A stretch of 63,398 nt of DNA, counting the filler, from Octopus bimaculoides (Eukaryota): the NCBI RefSeq assembly GCF_001194135.2. It is 6 parts of 5 records of this genome, joined end to end, with 100 filler letters (N's around TTAATTAATTAA, not from the genome) between each part and the next. Parts side by side here need not be neighbours in the genome. Positions count along the whole stretch, not along the records: positions 23,113 to 28,267 come from NC_068992.1; positions 28,368 to 35,471 come from NC_068990.1; positions 35,572 to 49,478 come from NC_068991.1; 3 more parts are not named here. One strand, given 5' to 3'. The notes beneath the pieces are model-generated. The model saw only the letters and a program-made list of their open reading frames with translations. It made no database searches and was not told where the DNA came from. Positions 23,605-36,520 of this stretch are shown one piece after another. Each line of letters begins with the position of its first letter. Position 1 is the first letter of the stretch. Made by a program: the position numbers and the translations under genes.

Positions 23605-24535
23605 AGACAGACAAACAGACAGAGAGTACCTTAATTGAGGGTATTAGTTTTAGTACTCATCCCTCTGTAGAGTAAATAAGTAATGTCTAAAGTAAAAGAT
23701 AATTGTGACAGGTAGATACATGGTCGAAGAATTAAGGAAATCCTTTGTAAAATCTTTAGGAAAAGATAATGTCATTTAACAGCCCTATTATGGAAGTACC
23801 AAGCGAAATAAATAGTACAAGTTGTAAGCTACTAGTTCAAGCTCTGAAGAGAAAGTGAGTTATTTAGGAGTGCTTTCGAATAATATATGGAACTACTAAT
23901 TGATATTGTCTTTTACTAAGGATTTTACTGAGGATCTCCTTAATGTTTCGGTCATTGATCTACCAACCACAATTAACTTTCCGATTAGACACGCCCTATT
24001 TCCTCGATGAACATCTAACTACTAATATCCTTAATGAATGATGGCCTTTACTTTTCATTCTCCAGCTCATAACGCAGTAGTTAGCTTAGGTGGAAATTTT
24101 TACTCAATAACACACGATCCACATGCTTGTCTATTCTAGAAACAGCTGTAAAATATATTATTTAGTATAACTTATCTGCACTGTTTTTGAATTATAAATT
24201 AAATGCTCAAGAGTGATACGACATGTTTTGCTTGCTCATTCTGTTTCTAATATTTTTCGACAGACATCTTCAACACCAACAAGCTTTCTGTGGCAGTTCT
24301 ATCCGGAGACTTAGTTTAAAACCAAAACCGAACACTTGTAATGCTTACAATATTGCATTACATCATCAGACAGAAATAATCTTTACGCGTATATTTGTGT
24401 GTCTGTCTGTCTGCCTGTATGTATGTATGTATGTATGCATGTGTGTATGTATACATGTCTACATTTACGCATATATATATGTACGCACATACGCACGCAC
24501 ACACACACACACGCACATACACACACACACACACG

Positions 24536-24594
<59 letters not shown>

Positions 24595-25186
24595 CATACA
24601 GTTGCATGTGCATAAGGTATATATTAAAATACATGTATATATTACTGTTTGAATATTTCTTGCGTAATTAATTACATGCGTTTTTAAAGTAGGAAGCTAC
24701 ATGAAATTTATTTCCCGGTATCAGTTTAGTGGCATCTCGTGCATAAGTGAACATGAGAGTCAAACACCAGCCGCACAAACATATGAAAATAACGCATTTA
24801 AAGACGGTAGCCACGCTCTCATATATAAATTATACGTTATGCACCCCCAGTTTTCCTATACGATTTGATACACATCAAAACGTTTGCATACATTAAATAT
24901 CAGGTCATACATGATTACAATCACAAGAACTCCATACATATCAGTTGACGATATAAATGGAAGTGCAATATGAAAGTTCTACAGTTTTTGTTGTTGTTTT
25001 CTTTTTCTGTATTCTGAAGCGTACGTTGTTAGATCAACATGCATAGACATTCATGGATGTAATTTCCATGTTATCGTTGAGGTTGCATGTATATTTTATG
25101 CTCATTTTACATGCTTATCTATGTAGTGAAGATTATTTAAGATAAGGGATATTAATGGGGTGGGGAAACGAATGATAAGTACTTAC

Positions 25187-25249
25187 AGTATAGAGATATA
25201 TCTTAGTTTGCATATTAGACGTGCCTATTAGAAGTTCAATAGTGTAATG
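25187..25249 (-). other. Candidate spliced exon containing a possible start codon (MQTKIYLYT...)
   Basis: Acceptor tttgttttattAG (25251-25250), donor ACT|GTAAGT (25187/25186), open frame, ATG at 25213 with A at -3; no homology recognised. Confidence 0.3.
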
Positions 25250-25306
25250 CTAATAAAACAAATTACAGTAACGGTACTACTACTACTACTACTACCGCCA
25301 CCACCA

Positions 25307-25384
<78 letters not shown>

Positions 25385-25439
25385 GCAGAGTACGTGTACG
25401 TTCAACATGAAAGAAATGAAATTCTGCCAGATAAGCAGT

Positions 25440-26110
25440 AAGGGATGCAGGCGTTAATGTTTATATACCAAAGATCAACTTTTGATATACAAACCAGCAC
25501 TTAGAATGGACGAAACACAACTTGACCTTGGCATCATTTGATTACCGCAAAACCTACGATACGATCTATTTGCTATTGCACCGAATGTCAAGCGATTACA
25601 TGGAAATATTATAGAGAATGGAAAGATAGAACTGGCAGCAAATGGAATTACCTTCAGTGGGGTAGAAATGAAGAGAGGTATATTTTAAGGGGATTGTCTG
25701 TTCCATCTGATTTTTGTAGTATACACGACACTGTTAATGATTTTGAGGAAAAATAAGTTTGAGTATGGATTCAAGGCTCAACAAGAAAATATTAACCGCC
25801 TGTTATTCATGGACGAATTGAAGCTTTGCGATAAGGATGAATCCCAGGTAGATATCCGTCGTTCATACGTGTTATACGATTTGTACTGATATCAGAAAGG
25901 AGTTTGGCTTGTAAAAGTGTGGTATGACGATTTGAAGAGAGGGAAATTAAACGTATCAATGAGATGGTGTTAACATCGGGGGAAGCTACGAAGCAAGTAG
26001 ATGAGGCGGGTTATACGTATTTGAAGATAATGGAAATGGACAATGTAATGGAAAATGAAATGACAGGAAAATTTCAAGATGGCATAATTGCGAACATTTA
26101 GTCAAAATTA
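25440..26110 (+). mobile_element. Degenerate R4/NeSL-type (REL-endonuclease clade) LINE RT fragment
   Basis: KGCRR*..TKDQLLIYK, NLTLASFDYRKTYD, RGIF*GDCL, INRLLFMDELKL, DIRKEFGL*KCG and GYTYLKIME match the RT motifs of this clade in order. Confidence 0.85.
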
Positions 26111-26222
26111 AATACTTCGCCCGGAGTGCTAACGGTTCTGTCAGTTCGATACCTTAAAGACGACGAATATTATGAAAGTAAAAGTAAACATACCATCGTA
26201 GATTGGAACAACTACACTCAGT

Positions 26223-26539
26223 TGGTTCCTCCTGATGATGTCTTGAGCTAACTGGATCCTAATCCACCAAGGGAAGGTATGTCAGAAGAAAGTAATTCAA
26301 CAACGCGGGTTGATGAACCGTAAGACGTGTGGCCAAAACCTCCTGGAAAATAACCATAGCGAGGGACATTCCACAGTTGAATTAGAACAGTTACAAACAG
26401 TGAAAGAAGACATGCACCCAACACCAGAGCTGAAGACACCTCCGAAAGGAGGGGCCCCGCCACGTCAAAACGGTAGAGGAGTAGGGGCCGAAACCGGACG
26501 TGGTTCCTCCTGATGATGTCTTGAGCTAACTGGATCCTA
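26223..26539 (+). repeat. 278-nt GC-rich unit bounded by identical 39-nt direct repeats
   Basis: TGGTTCCTCCTGATGATGTCTTGAGCTAACTGGATCCTA at 26223-26261 and 26501-26539. Confidence 0.9.
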
Positions 26540-26910
26540 TAAAGGAGCTGTTGTGGTAGCAGACCACGAAATATGGTTGAAATTCCTCCTTCCTAGTTAG
26601 TTATTGAAAGAGAAAATAGACACAGTTATTATTTATACAGAGTTAAAAGTTGAATTTTATGATTTAGGTATAAATGCAGATTAATGTTCGAATTATTTCA
26701 GTAGGGAGATGCCCTAATACTATAAGGAATGATATTTTCAATAAGATTAATGGTAACATAATTAACAATGGATAAAGAAACGGAACTAATAGCGACAATG
26801 TTAATAGTCTCGCATTAAGGAATAGTAGGATCACTACGATAGGTAATAACAGGTGTAGCTGTACAATCTCAACGAATGTTTGTGTAACGTACAGTGAATT
26901 ACAGTCAATG

Positions 26911-26990
26911 ACTTACCTGGTAAACAAACACTACAGCCGTCAAAAACCAGAGGTGTTGAAACTAACTATACAGTTTGCACGTATAGTAAT
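26911..26990 (-). promoter_or_regulatory. Consensus 5' splice donor (CAG|GTAAGT); possible non-coding first exon
   Basis: Plus-strand ACTTACCTG at 26911-26919 in CpG-retaining unique sequence; exon 5' extent unknown. Confidence 0.3.
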
Positions 26991-28204
26991 TTCGACATAC
27001 GTTAAGAGGAATCGATATTATATAAACCCAAGGAAACTATAATAACACTGTATGCCTTTCAGTAGAAGATTCTTCTGAGAGATGAATAACTAATAATACT
27101 ATTATTAGTGATGCAACATAAATTCTCATCACAAAAACGCCATCCCTCAAGAGGATTCGCGGTATAATGAATATGCACAAACAACAGATGCAGAAAACCG
27201 TCGTGAAACTAGGGCTATTCAGATTTTTCAATGCATAGTAAGTCAGTACAATCTGCAGATTACTAGTTTTTCCATTCCGACATATTCTTAACTCTGTTAC
27301 TAAACGGAACGCAACGAAATACTTGTTTCCCTTTCCTTCCTTGTTCGTTTCATTCATCGATTTTAGTTTCATAGATTAAATACCAGTCATATAATTTGGT
27401 TCATTCTAAACAATAAGTACAAATGTTAATTGAACCGAATATGCACAGATTTCCAGTTTATACCAACGCTTAAAGTAGCAACTGCAGACATATAATTTAT
27501 AATATATAAAATTTGCATAGGCGCCAGAAGGCTGAGATTTTAACTTCCGTATCCTATATTTTGTTTAACACTGATTATTATGATAATGAAGATTTATGAA
27601 ATTCTAAAACGAAATTAAGAATTAACAACATTTTAATCAAATATACTGCAGCTTTGATTATTTACCAGAGGTTTCAAAAACATAAAATTAAAGAAAGTAC
27701 CATACTTCCAAAATGAATTTAACACATTTATGAAATTTCATATATCTATAAGTTATGTATTTATTATTCTTGATTCTAATTTTATTTGCTTTATAGAAAT
27801 TTCTATCCCTTTGCACTAATGCCTTGCAGTTGTTTTCACCTATGTTTATGATATATTTTAATTAAAACATTCCGACAAGAAGGGCCTGCAGCTAGCGAAA
27901 TACATTTGCAGGAAGCAAGAAAAATTAATCAAAATAAGAGAAAAGGGGAAACAATAAAATTGAACAAAATTGAATGTGAAATAGAATTATGGAATATAAC
28001 TAACTTAGTCTCGAATATTTCCTATGATTTTTGAAGCCTCGACAATCAAATTTCCAAGAAAATTTAGAGAATATATTGATTTCTGTCAGAGGCGAAACAT
28101 GTACAATTTCTAGAAGGATGGAAAAAGAGAGGGAAAAAAGAATAATAAACCATTTAACTTTTACTCTTAAGTATATTATACACACAAACATACATACACA
28201 TACA

Positions 28205-28267
<63 letters not shown>

Positions 28268-29146
28268 NNNNNNNNNNNNNNNNNNNNNNNNNNNNNNNNN
28301 NNNNNNNNNNNTTAATTAATTAANNNNNNNNNNNNNNNNNNNNNNNNNNNNNNNNNNNNNNNNNNNNTATATATATATATATATATATATATATCTCATT
28401 CAATTACAGTAGTAGTTGAATCATTCAACTATGGTAGTTGTTGAATAATATTCTTAAGCCTGCAAATAACTCACATGCAGCAGCTTTCAGACCTTGTCAG
28501 TAATTCAGTTCTTAACCAAATTGAAAACTATTAACATCTTTGAAGAGGACTTGTCCCCAGCTATATTTTGGCATAAACAAATTAAGATTTGGTCCAGTAG
28601 GAAAAAGTTGACATCAAAATTCGTAGCAACGTTATAGGCGAATAAGTAACACCTCCAATCAAGTTTAGATCTAAATAACTTTTTATTTTCAAAGTAAAAT
28701 ATATTTATCTTAGCATCAATGATAGAAGAAGGCATGAAGAATTTCATTGTTTTTGTCCCATACAACAAAAATTTATCTGGAAAATGTGAGGCAAAATATC
28801 ATGGAAAAATCTAAGGCGCAAAATTGGACTTGAGTATAATTAACTTTTTTTTATTTTAAAAACAAACTATATTTTAATTAATCTTAAATGACAGAGCTCA
28901 ATTTAAGGAATTTCATGCAATAAAGTTTTAAAAGAAGAAAGTTATGAGCATTTGTTTCACAAATTTGAGTGTTATAATATAGTTGTATACATTCTCATGA
29001 ATATAGTTCTATAAGGGGACTTTTAATATATGTCACCGGCATCATTGAGGTAAGAAAAAAAATTATCAACGATACCACTAATTGACACATTTGACATATT
29101 ATCAATTAGAATAATAGCATAACCTGGAAAAAACATGGATTACATG

Positions 29147-29860
29147 GAAAAATGTAAGCAAGAGAAATAATATTCTTAAGATTATAAACCTGGAAAAGTT
29201 CAGGACAAGTTATTACAACTGGTAAAGTACAGAACATGAAAATTTTACAAAATGGTGGTACCTTTTGTTAAAATATTGACACACTATACTTATAAAATGA
29301 GAGCCAGAAGTATCATAAAGCTAAAGTTTTATGCAAAGTAGAATAGTATATATAGTAGGCAAATTCATTATGTAAAAAATAGGCATTGGGTCAAGACTAA
29401 AAATGTGAAGACTTGGCAATAACATAGGCAATAACTCAAGCAAATTTTACTGTGAATTTGTTGCTATAGGTAGATTTTACTGTAACATATAATTAATTTT
29501 TGTATTGTTCTATTTATTGTACTAATCAAATTATGTACTACAATTATTTTTATAATCTATTTTCAAATTTATAATTATTAATTAATAATTTTTAAAAATG
29601 ATTTTTTTTTTTAACTGCAAAAAATATTTTGAGTTGTTTCTTTAATTTTTGATATAAGTAACAAGTAATAACAAATAGATGTAATAAAAGTTTTAGCTTT
29701 AATATAAGCTAATACTTTCTAAAGCTAAGCATATTATTTGAAATTTTATCCTTAGCTGAAATATTTTAAGTAAAAATGTTCTTTACCAGATGTAATGATT
29801 TTCCTGAACTTTTCCAGGTTTCTAATCTTAAGAATATTATTTCTCTTGCTCACATTTTTC
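29147..29860. repeat. Inverted repeat, arms 29147-29227 and 29781-29860 (~80 bp, ~92% identical)
   Basis: GAAAAATGT.AGCAAGAGAAATAATATTCTTAAGATTA.AAACCTGGAAAAGTTCAGGA..CTGGTAAAG on opposite strands. Confidence 0.9.
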
Positions 29861-29884
29861 TACTTAATATATATACATACTACA

Positions 29885-31190
29885 TCATTTCCATAATGAA
29901 TTTCCAAACATTAAAGGTGGACGCAATAGAGATGATACACTATTTTTGATTAATAGTCAATCCAATAGAAAAATAAACCTATATATGAAAAAATTCCATA
30001 ATTTTTTTAAAAGATTTGGTTTACCTATCTCTATAGTAAATGGACATGATTCAGTTCATTACCTGGATGTTAATCTGAACCTTATTACTGGCCTATACAG
30101 TCCATAACATAAGCCCAACAATAATTTTAAATATTTCAACTTACATAGTAACCATCCTAAAGAAATCACAAGAACTTTGGTTAATAATATTTTAAAACGT
30201 GTTTCTTGTTTATCCTCTAATGAGGAAATCTTTAATAATAACACCGAATATTATAATGAGGCCCTTAAAAAAACAGGATACTGGAACGGAATAGCATATT
30301 GTAAAAAGAATGGGAACTGAAATAATAAATCTTATTATAATAATGGAAAACTGGTTGACAACGAAGTGAGTGGATCTAATAGTAGAAATGTATCCAATTT
30401 ATTCGTAAGTAGTTATGATATGATTAACAATAGTAATAAAATGAATAGGAACAAGTGTAGTAACTATATCCTGTACAAAAATAGACTTATAAATAGACTC
30501 AAGTCTAAGGATAATAAGTATATGCCATATGCCAACCTAGATACATGTAATGATGTTAATTATAATAACGATAATTATATTTGGCTTATCCTTCCTAAAG
30601 CACTACAAGTAAAAACGGATTTGGTCAAGCTTTTTTACAGATCTATATCTAAGCACTTTAATAAAGAACATAAATATAATAAAATAATTAATAATAAATG
30701 GATTACAATAAATTTTTCAGTATCTATAATTTGTTTAGAATTATCTCTTCTTTTACTAATATAAGATTAGACAAATATTACAATAATAGAAATAATAATA
30801 CTATTACAGAGAATGATCTAGCTAGAAATTGTGATGGCAGATGTAAGGATAAATGTTATTTTAATAATTTTTGTTAATAGAACAATATTGTCTATAGATT
30901 TAGGGTTGATTCAGAATGGGAAAATTATTTTTACATAGGGTCAACAGAAAATTTTATTAAAAAATGGATTGCAAACCATGAGTACACCTTTAGGAATAGA
31001 CATAGGTTTAACAGTACTAGTATAAGTAAACTAGTTTGGAAATTGAAGGACAGTAAGAAATTATACAACTTAAAATTGGAAAATACTTAATCATGCTAGA
31101 TCGTACAAAATTAATGATGCTAGTTCAAACTATGTGTAGATGAATTATATCAGATATTAACAACTAAGAAGAAATTGCTTATTGAAAGAT
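29885..31190 (+). mobile_element. Penelope-like element fossil: RT C-terminus/thumb plus GIY-YIG endonuclease
   Basis: GRNRDD (LYRDD-like), YLDVNLNLITGLYSP*HKPNNNFKYFNLHSNHPKEI, RVSCLSSNEEIFN, ISKHFNKEHKYNKI, then NIVYRFRV..YIGSTENFIKKWIANH..TSISKLVWKLK. Confidence 0.9.
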
Positions 31191-33789
31191 GTGAAAGTGT
31201 TCTATCTTGTACACACTATTTAAGTATTTTAAATTTCTTCAAGTGTTTCATAACAATGATAAGCAAAACTTCAATGCACCTCTTTGACTGTTGAAAATTT
31301 ATCCACAGTAAAACAGCTTTTCCTGTCAGCTGCTAATATAGAAATCTATTCTTTGGAAGTTATGTGAGACTTAATTATAAACCTGAATTATTACAGGTAT
31401 TTTGTTTTAGTAAATTAATGGAATGTTTTATGATCCCTGTTATTGAGTTATCAAAATATCTATATATATATATAGCAGAACCAGGCTTCTTACTTCAAAA
31501 TTTTTAGCTTCATTATTCCAAGTGTATCTCCAACTAGAATTAAATTTTACCTTTCATATCTCTAGAATGTAGCCTTCAATACACACAATGGAAAATTCAT
31601 TTTTAAAAGTTGTACAAATAGTAGACAGAAAATTTTAATCAATCATTGTATTTAGTTCAATGCTGCCAGGAGTCAATCATGTACATAACATTGATTTGTC
31701 AATGAAATACCAGTATTTTAATAGTATTGATTTAACTAAAAATAATTCCAGTTATCATTAACCCTTTAGCATTCAGACTTCTCTGTCAAATGTAATGCTT
31801 ATTTATTCACATTGTTTTGAATTAATCATGAATTATTTTGTAGCTTTGAGATTTCAAAGATGTGATTGTTTAACTTTATAATGATACTGTAGGGTAGGTG
31901 TGAGGGGCCAGATTTGGCCAATTTTAACATAAAACAAGTAGAATATTTGAATGAGATATGGTTGGTTTATATCCTAATGGGTTAAAGGAAGGCAAGTGTG
32001 TCTAGGTAAAATTAAATCATATTTAGAGTATTCCTATATGACTCATATTTGTGTATTTAGAATAAAACTAAAAGTATAGTGACGTTTAGAATGCAAATAT
32101 AGAAGCATTGTGGAATAGATAAATTAGTATCTATTAATAATAGGACTCAAAGTAAATTTAGCTGTGATTAATAACATTATAATACACTGAATTAAAACAC
32201 CTTTCAATAGATAAAGTAAGAAAGCCACTTTTTGCATGAATCAAATCATGCATCTTCTCTAACTCAGACAAATAAACCCCCAATTATACTAAAACAACAT
32301 TCATCTTTCTTCTGTATACCAAATGTATTCAGGGTTACTTACAGGCAAGAATAAGACATTCAGTTTGATGTTACAAAGAAGATGGCTGCTTAGTGTAATT
32401 TGGTTCATGTCTCTCTGGATTAGAGAAAATGAGTGGTTCAAGTTCTGCTGGAAACTGACTACTGCCCACGCACCATGAATGGAATTTTCAATCCAATGAA
32501 ATATATGCTATTGTTTATAAGTAAATTCATTTTGCTGTGTGTGTATATATATGTATGTATATACTACATATGGCAGACTCAGCTGTTGTGAATGATAGAC
32601 GAGGGTTCTGCAACTTACTGCTGAACAACCAATGTAGATGATTTGTTTATAGTGATCAAATGTTTGTGCTGTACATTAGCACACTCCCTCCATCAAATTG
32701 GCATTGTCTGTACAGGTGTACAATGGCCACACATCAAATGTTGAAGTGGTTGCAGAGAAATGAGATAAAGTGTTTTACTATGAACACAATGTACTGCCTG
32801 GCTTGGAAATCAAAACTACATTGTCCCAATTGTAAGTGCAGCACCCTTATTACTAGGTTATACATGCATATGCACACACACACCTATTTCTTTTACACCC
32901 TTCTAACTATGGCACTATTTCATCAGCCGCTGTAATTATGTAAGAGCAGAACTATACATATTTCATCCCCACTTTGTGCTGCCAGTTATTCCTCTCCTTT
33001 AAACCACTTCCTTTAGTCAACCATCCAACATTCTCAACATCATCCCTTACCACTTCATTTTCCTTTGAATACCCTCTCATATCTGCCATTAATGCCCCCC
33101 CCCCGCCAAACTTTATTTATTGCCCATTATATCTACTGCTAAGTACCTCTGTCTTCCGTGTGTGTGTGTGTGTGTGTGTGCATGTGTGTGTGCGTGTGCA
33201 TCTATTTGTCTCTCTCCCTCTCTCCCATACACTTCACACTGTCTCCCCATTTCTCATCCATTCACTGTTGCACTTCACCTCCCTTGTATACATTCTACCA
33301 CCTATCACATACTCTCCAGACCCCTCTTATTTTCCTTTTCTCCTTCCTCAAACCAAAATACTTCATTAAGGACACAACCACCCATGTCCACTGATCCCTA
33401 CATTCACTTCTATCCACACCTCCAACCATCTGTAACATTTCTTTCACACACTCACAGCCCTACCAAGCCAACCATCCTTAATTCTTTTCATTTATTCTCT
33501 CTTTATCTACTATCTTGTACCTTCGGATTATATCTTGACCCCTTATCTCCACCCTCTTTTCTATTTTTCCTCCGTTGGAATAGTCACTTATCTCCTCTAT
33601 AGCAAAACACTTCTTCTGGCCCCTCTCACATACTTTTGTTTCTCAACATCTTGCTCAATACTGCAACCCCATTCAGTCAATGGGTTTTATCTTGCGAGTT
33701 ACCTAGTGACCTTACTAGTGCAGGTGTCATGAAAACAGAAACCAATATAAATTGGATTTCATTATGAAGAGCATGTAGCTGGAGAGACT

Positions 33790-34170
33790 ATTGGAGTGCA
33801 ACACAGTCCTTTGACACGTTGCATTTTGTGAACCATCCCGCTCCTGTCAGCATCGAACACAAACATTAAATGATGATGATATAATATAAAGTTCCCATGC
33901 TGATACCACATAAAAAACACTCATATCAGTGCTACGCAAAAGGCACTCATGCTAGTGCCATGTAAAAAGCAACTGTGCTGCTGTAACATATAAAAAGCAC
34001 CCACTATACTCTGTAAAGTGGTTGGCTTTATGAAGGGCATCCAGCCATAGAAACCATGTCAGAACAGATGAATGGAACCCCATGAAAATCTATGGTTTGC
34101 CAGCTCCTGTCAAACCATACAATCCACAGCAGCATAGAAAGTGGATGATCATGTTGATGATGATGATATA
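33790..34170 (+). mobile_element. Family D SINE-like copy or copies (degenerate)
   Basis: AAGCACCCACTATACTCTGTAAAGTGGTTGG..GAAGGGCATCCAGCCATAGAAACC..GATGATGATG. Confidence 0.65.
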
Positions 34171-35094
34171 TATAGGAATTAGTTTTCACCCAACTCATGC
34201 AGGTTTCACTTGTATTACCAAACATGATGTGAATGAAGTGTTTATAAACATTTTGAGAGGAGTAAAGAAATTTTTAAAATATTGTTTATGTGCACACAAT
34301 TCATGATATTGGTTGTAAATGAAAAAGCACCAAAAAATTTTATAATCCAAATTTTAAAAACATAGCTAAATACATTTTAGGTTACACAAATATACATGTT
34401 AATCAATCTGTCTGTCTGTCTCTGGCTCTGGCTCTGGCTCTCTCTCTCTCTCTCTCTCTCTCTCCTTATATGTGTGTGTGTGTGTGTATAGATCTTCAAA
34501 TACAAGAAGACAAAATTGGAGAACAAGCATATGCATATTCATAATTCCACTTATAAATATGCATATACACACTATTTCATACATAAACATACATACATAT
34601 GTACACACACACATATATATATATGAATACTGATACACATGCACATATCTATCTATCTATCTATCTCTCCCTCTCTCTCTCTCTCTCTCTNNNNNNNNNN
34701 NNNNNNNNNNNNNNNNNNNNNNNNNNNNNNNNNNNNNNNNNNNNNNNNNNNNNNNNNNNNNNNNNNNNNNNNNNNNNNNNNNNNNNNNNNNNNNNNNNNN
34801 NNNNNNNNNNNNNNNNNNNNNNNNNNNNNNNNNNNNNNNNNNNNNNNNNNNNNNNNNNNNNNNNNNNNNNNNNNNNNNNNNNNNNNNNNNNNNNNNNNNN
34901 NNNNNNNNNNNNNNNNNNNNNNNNNNNNNNNNNNNNNNNNNNNNNNNNNNNNNNNNNNNNNNNNNNNNNNNNNNNNNNNNNNNNNNNNNNNNNNNNNNNN
35001 NNNNNNNNNNNNNNNNNNNNNNNNNNNNNNAAATTGACAGCAGCCTGTCGTATATATATATATATATATATATAGTGTGTGTGTGCCTTTGTGT

Positions 35095-35280
35095 CTGTGT
35101 TTGTCCCCCCACCTTGCTTGACAACTGATGTTGCTGTTTACGTCCCCATAACTTAACTGTTCAGCAAGGAGACCGATAGAATAAGCACCAGGCTTACAAA
35201 GAATTAGTTCAATTTCTTCAACTAAAAAGACAGTGCTCCAGCATGGCCACAGTCAGATGACTGAAACAAGTAAAAGAGTG
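35095..35280 (+). mobile_element. SINE B/C tail (CpG-decayed)
   Basis: GCTTGACAAC.GAT..GAGACCGATAGAATAAG..GCTCCAGCATGGCCACAGTC..CTGAAACAAGTAAAAGAG. Confidence 0.75.
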
Positions 35281-35352
35281 CAAGAATATGCATATATTAT
35301 GTGTGTGAGTGTATGTATATGTGTGTCTATATATATGTGTGTGCATGTGCGC

Positions 35353-35400
<48 letters not shown>

Positions 35401-35571
35401 GTGTAGGTATATATACATATATGTATATATATATGTGTAGGTGTATATACATACATATATATATATATATANNNNNNNNNNNNNNNNNNNNNNNNNNNNN
35501 NNNNNNNNNNNNNNNTTAATTAATTAANNNNNNNNNNNNNNNNNNNNNNNNNNNNNNNNNNNNNNNNNNNN

Positions 35572-35668
<97 letters not shown>

Positions 35669-36310
35669 TTTTTCTTCATTTTGTAGCCGTTTATATGAAA
35701 CTCACTGCTTGACTGCTACGTTTATTTATCGACACAGTTCAGTTCCAATGCAATGCTTACTTCAGCTGTATTTGAACCTACAACATAAACTGCCGTTAAT
35801 ACTTATCACTTGACGTTTTGACCGATACTCTAATGATTCTACGACATCATGTCCTAATTTAAAGCAGATATTTGGCAGTGAAATTGTAAATAATACATCG
35901 ATAAATTAATAATATGAATGTTAGCATGTTCAAAGTAGTAAATTATGAAATTTTAATTTACTGAATTTCATTGAAAATGATGAAAATAATCATTAACTAG
36001 AGACTAATTAATTAAAAAAAAAACTATTTCAAAGTTTTCTATTTGATTAAACTCTTTTCAGTATGAAGTAGAGTCTGTTTAGTTGCAGGGGAACTACATG
36101 GAAGAAGGTCAGTTTTTGCACCATTGTTTTGGCTATGCCAGGAGACATCGTCAGTGATAGCTTGGTTTAACATTTGTAGCATCCCCGAGATTTCTATATG
36201 TGTATTTTGCACATTTGGTGACTGATGCAAGAATAGTTTTCTTTTTAATATATGTAGTAATTGTGTTGTAATTTAAGTAGTAATTGTCTCCCAGAAGAGA
36301 CAATCTTAAG

Positions 36311-36520
36311 AAGGCGATGAGCTGGCAGAAACGGTAGCACGTCGGGCGAAATGCTTATCGGTATTCCGTCTGTCTTTACGTTTTGAGTTCAAATTCCGCT
36401 GAGGTCGACTTTGCCTTTTATCCTTTCGGGGTCAATACATTAAGTACCAGTTGTGTACTGGAGTTGATCTAATCAACTGGCCCCCTCCTCCCAACATTTC
36501 GGGCTCTTGGGTGCAGTTGA
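36311..36520 (+). mobile_element. SINE family A (CpGs retained)
   Basis: GGCGATGAGCTGGCAGAAACGGTAGCACGTCGGGCGAAATGC..GAGGTCGACTTTGCC. Confidence 0.85.

Noticed and set aside
24215-24280. UUGAAGA...AAAACAUGUC hammerhead-like remnant (minus), and GAAACAGCUGUA at ~24139 (plus)
   Set aside because: Core mutated and stem I absent in the first; no CUGANGA upstream of the second.
26223-26539. Reading the 39-nt direct repeats as a CRISPR array or LTR pair
   Set aside because: Only two copies, a 239-nt spacer, eukaryotic context, and no TG..CA ends, PBS or PPT.
27037-27372. 111-aa minus-strand ORF
   Set aside because: No recognisable domain or coding bias; within chance expectation.
31285-31325. 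CTGTTGA...AAAACAGCT just 3' of the Penelope GIY-YIG region
   Set aside because: Position fits a pseudo-LTR ribozyme but stems cannot be drawn; too decayed to call.
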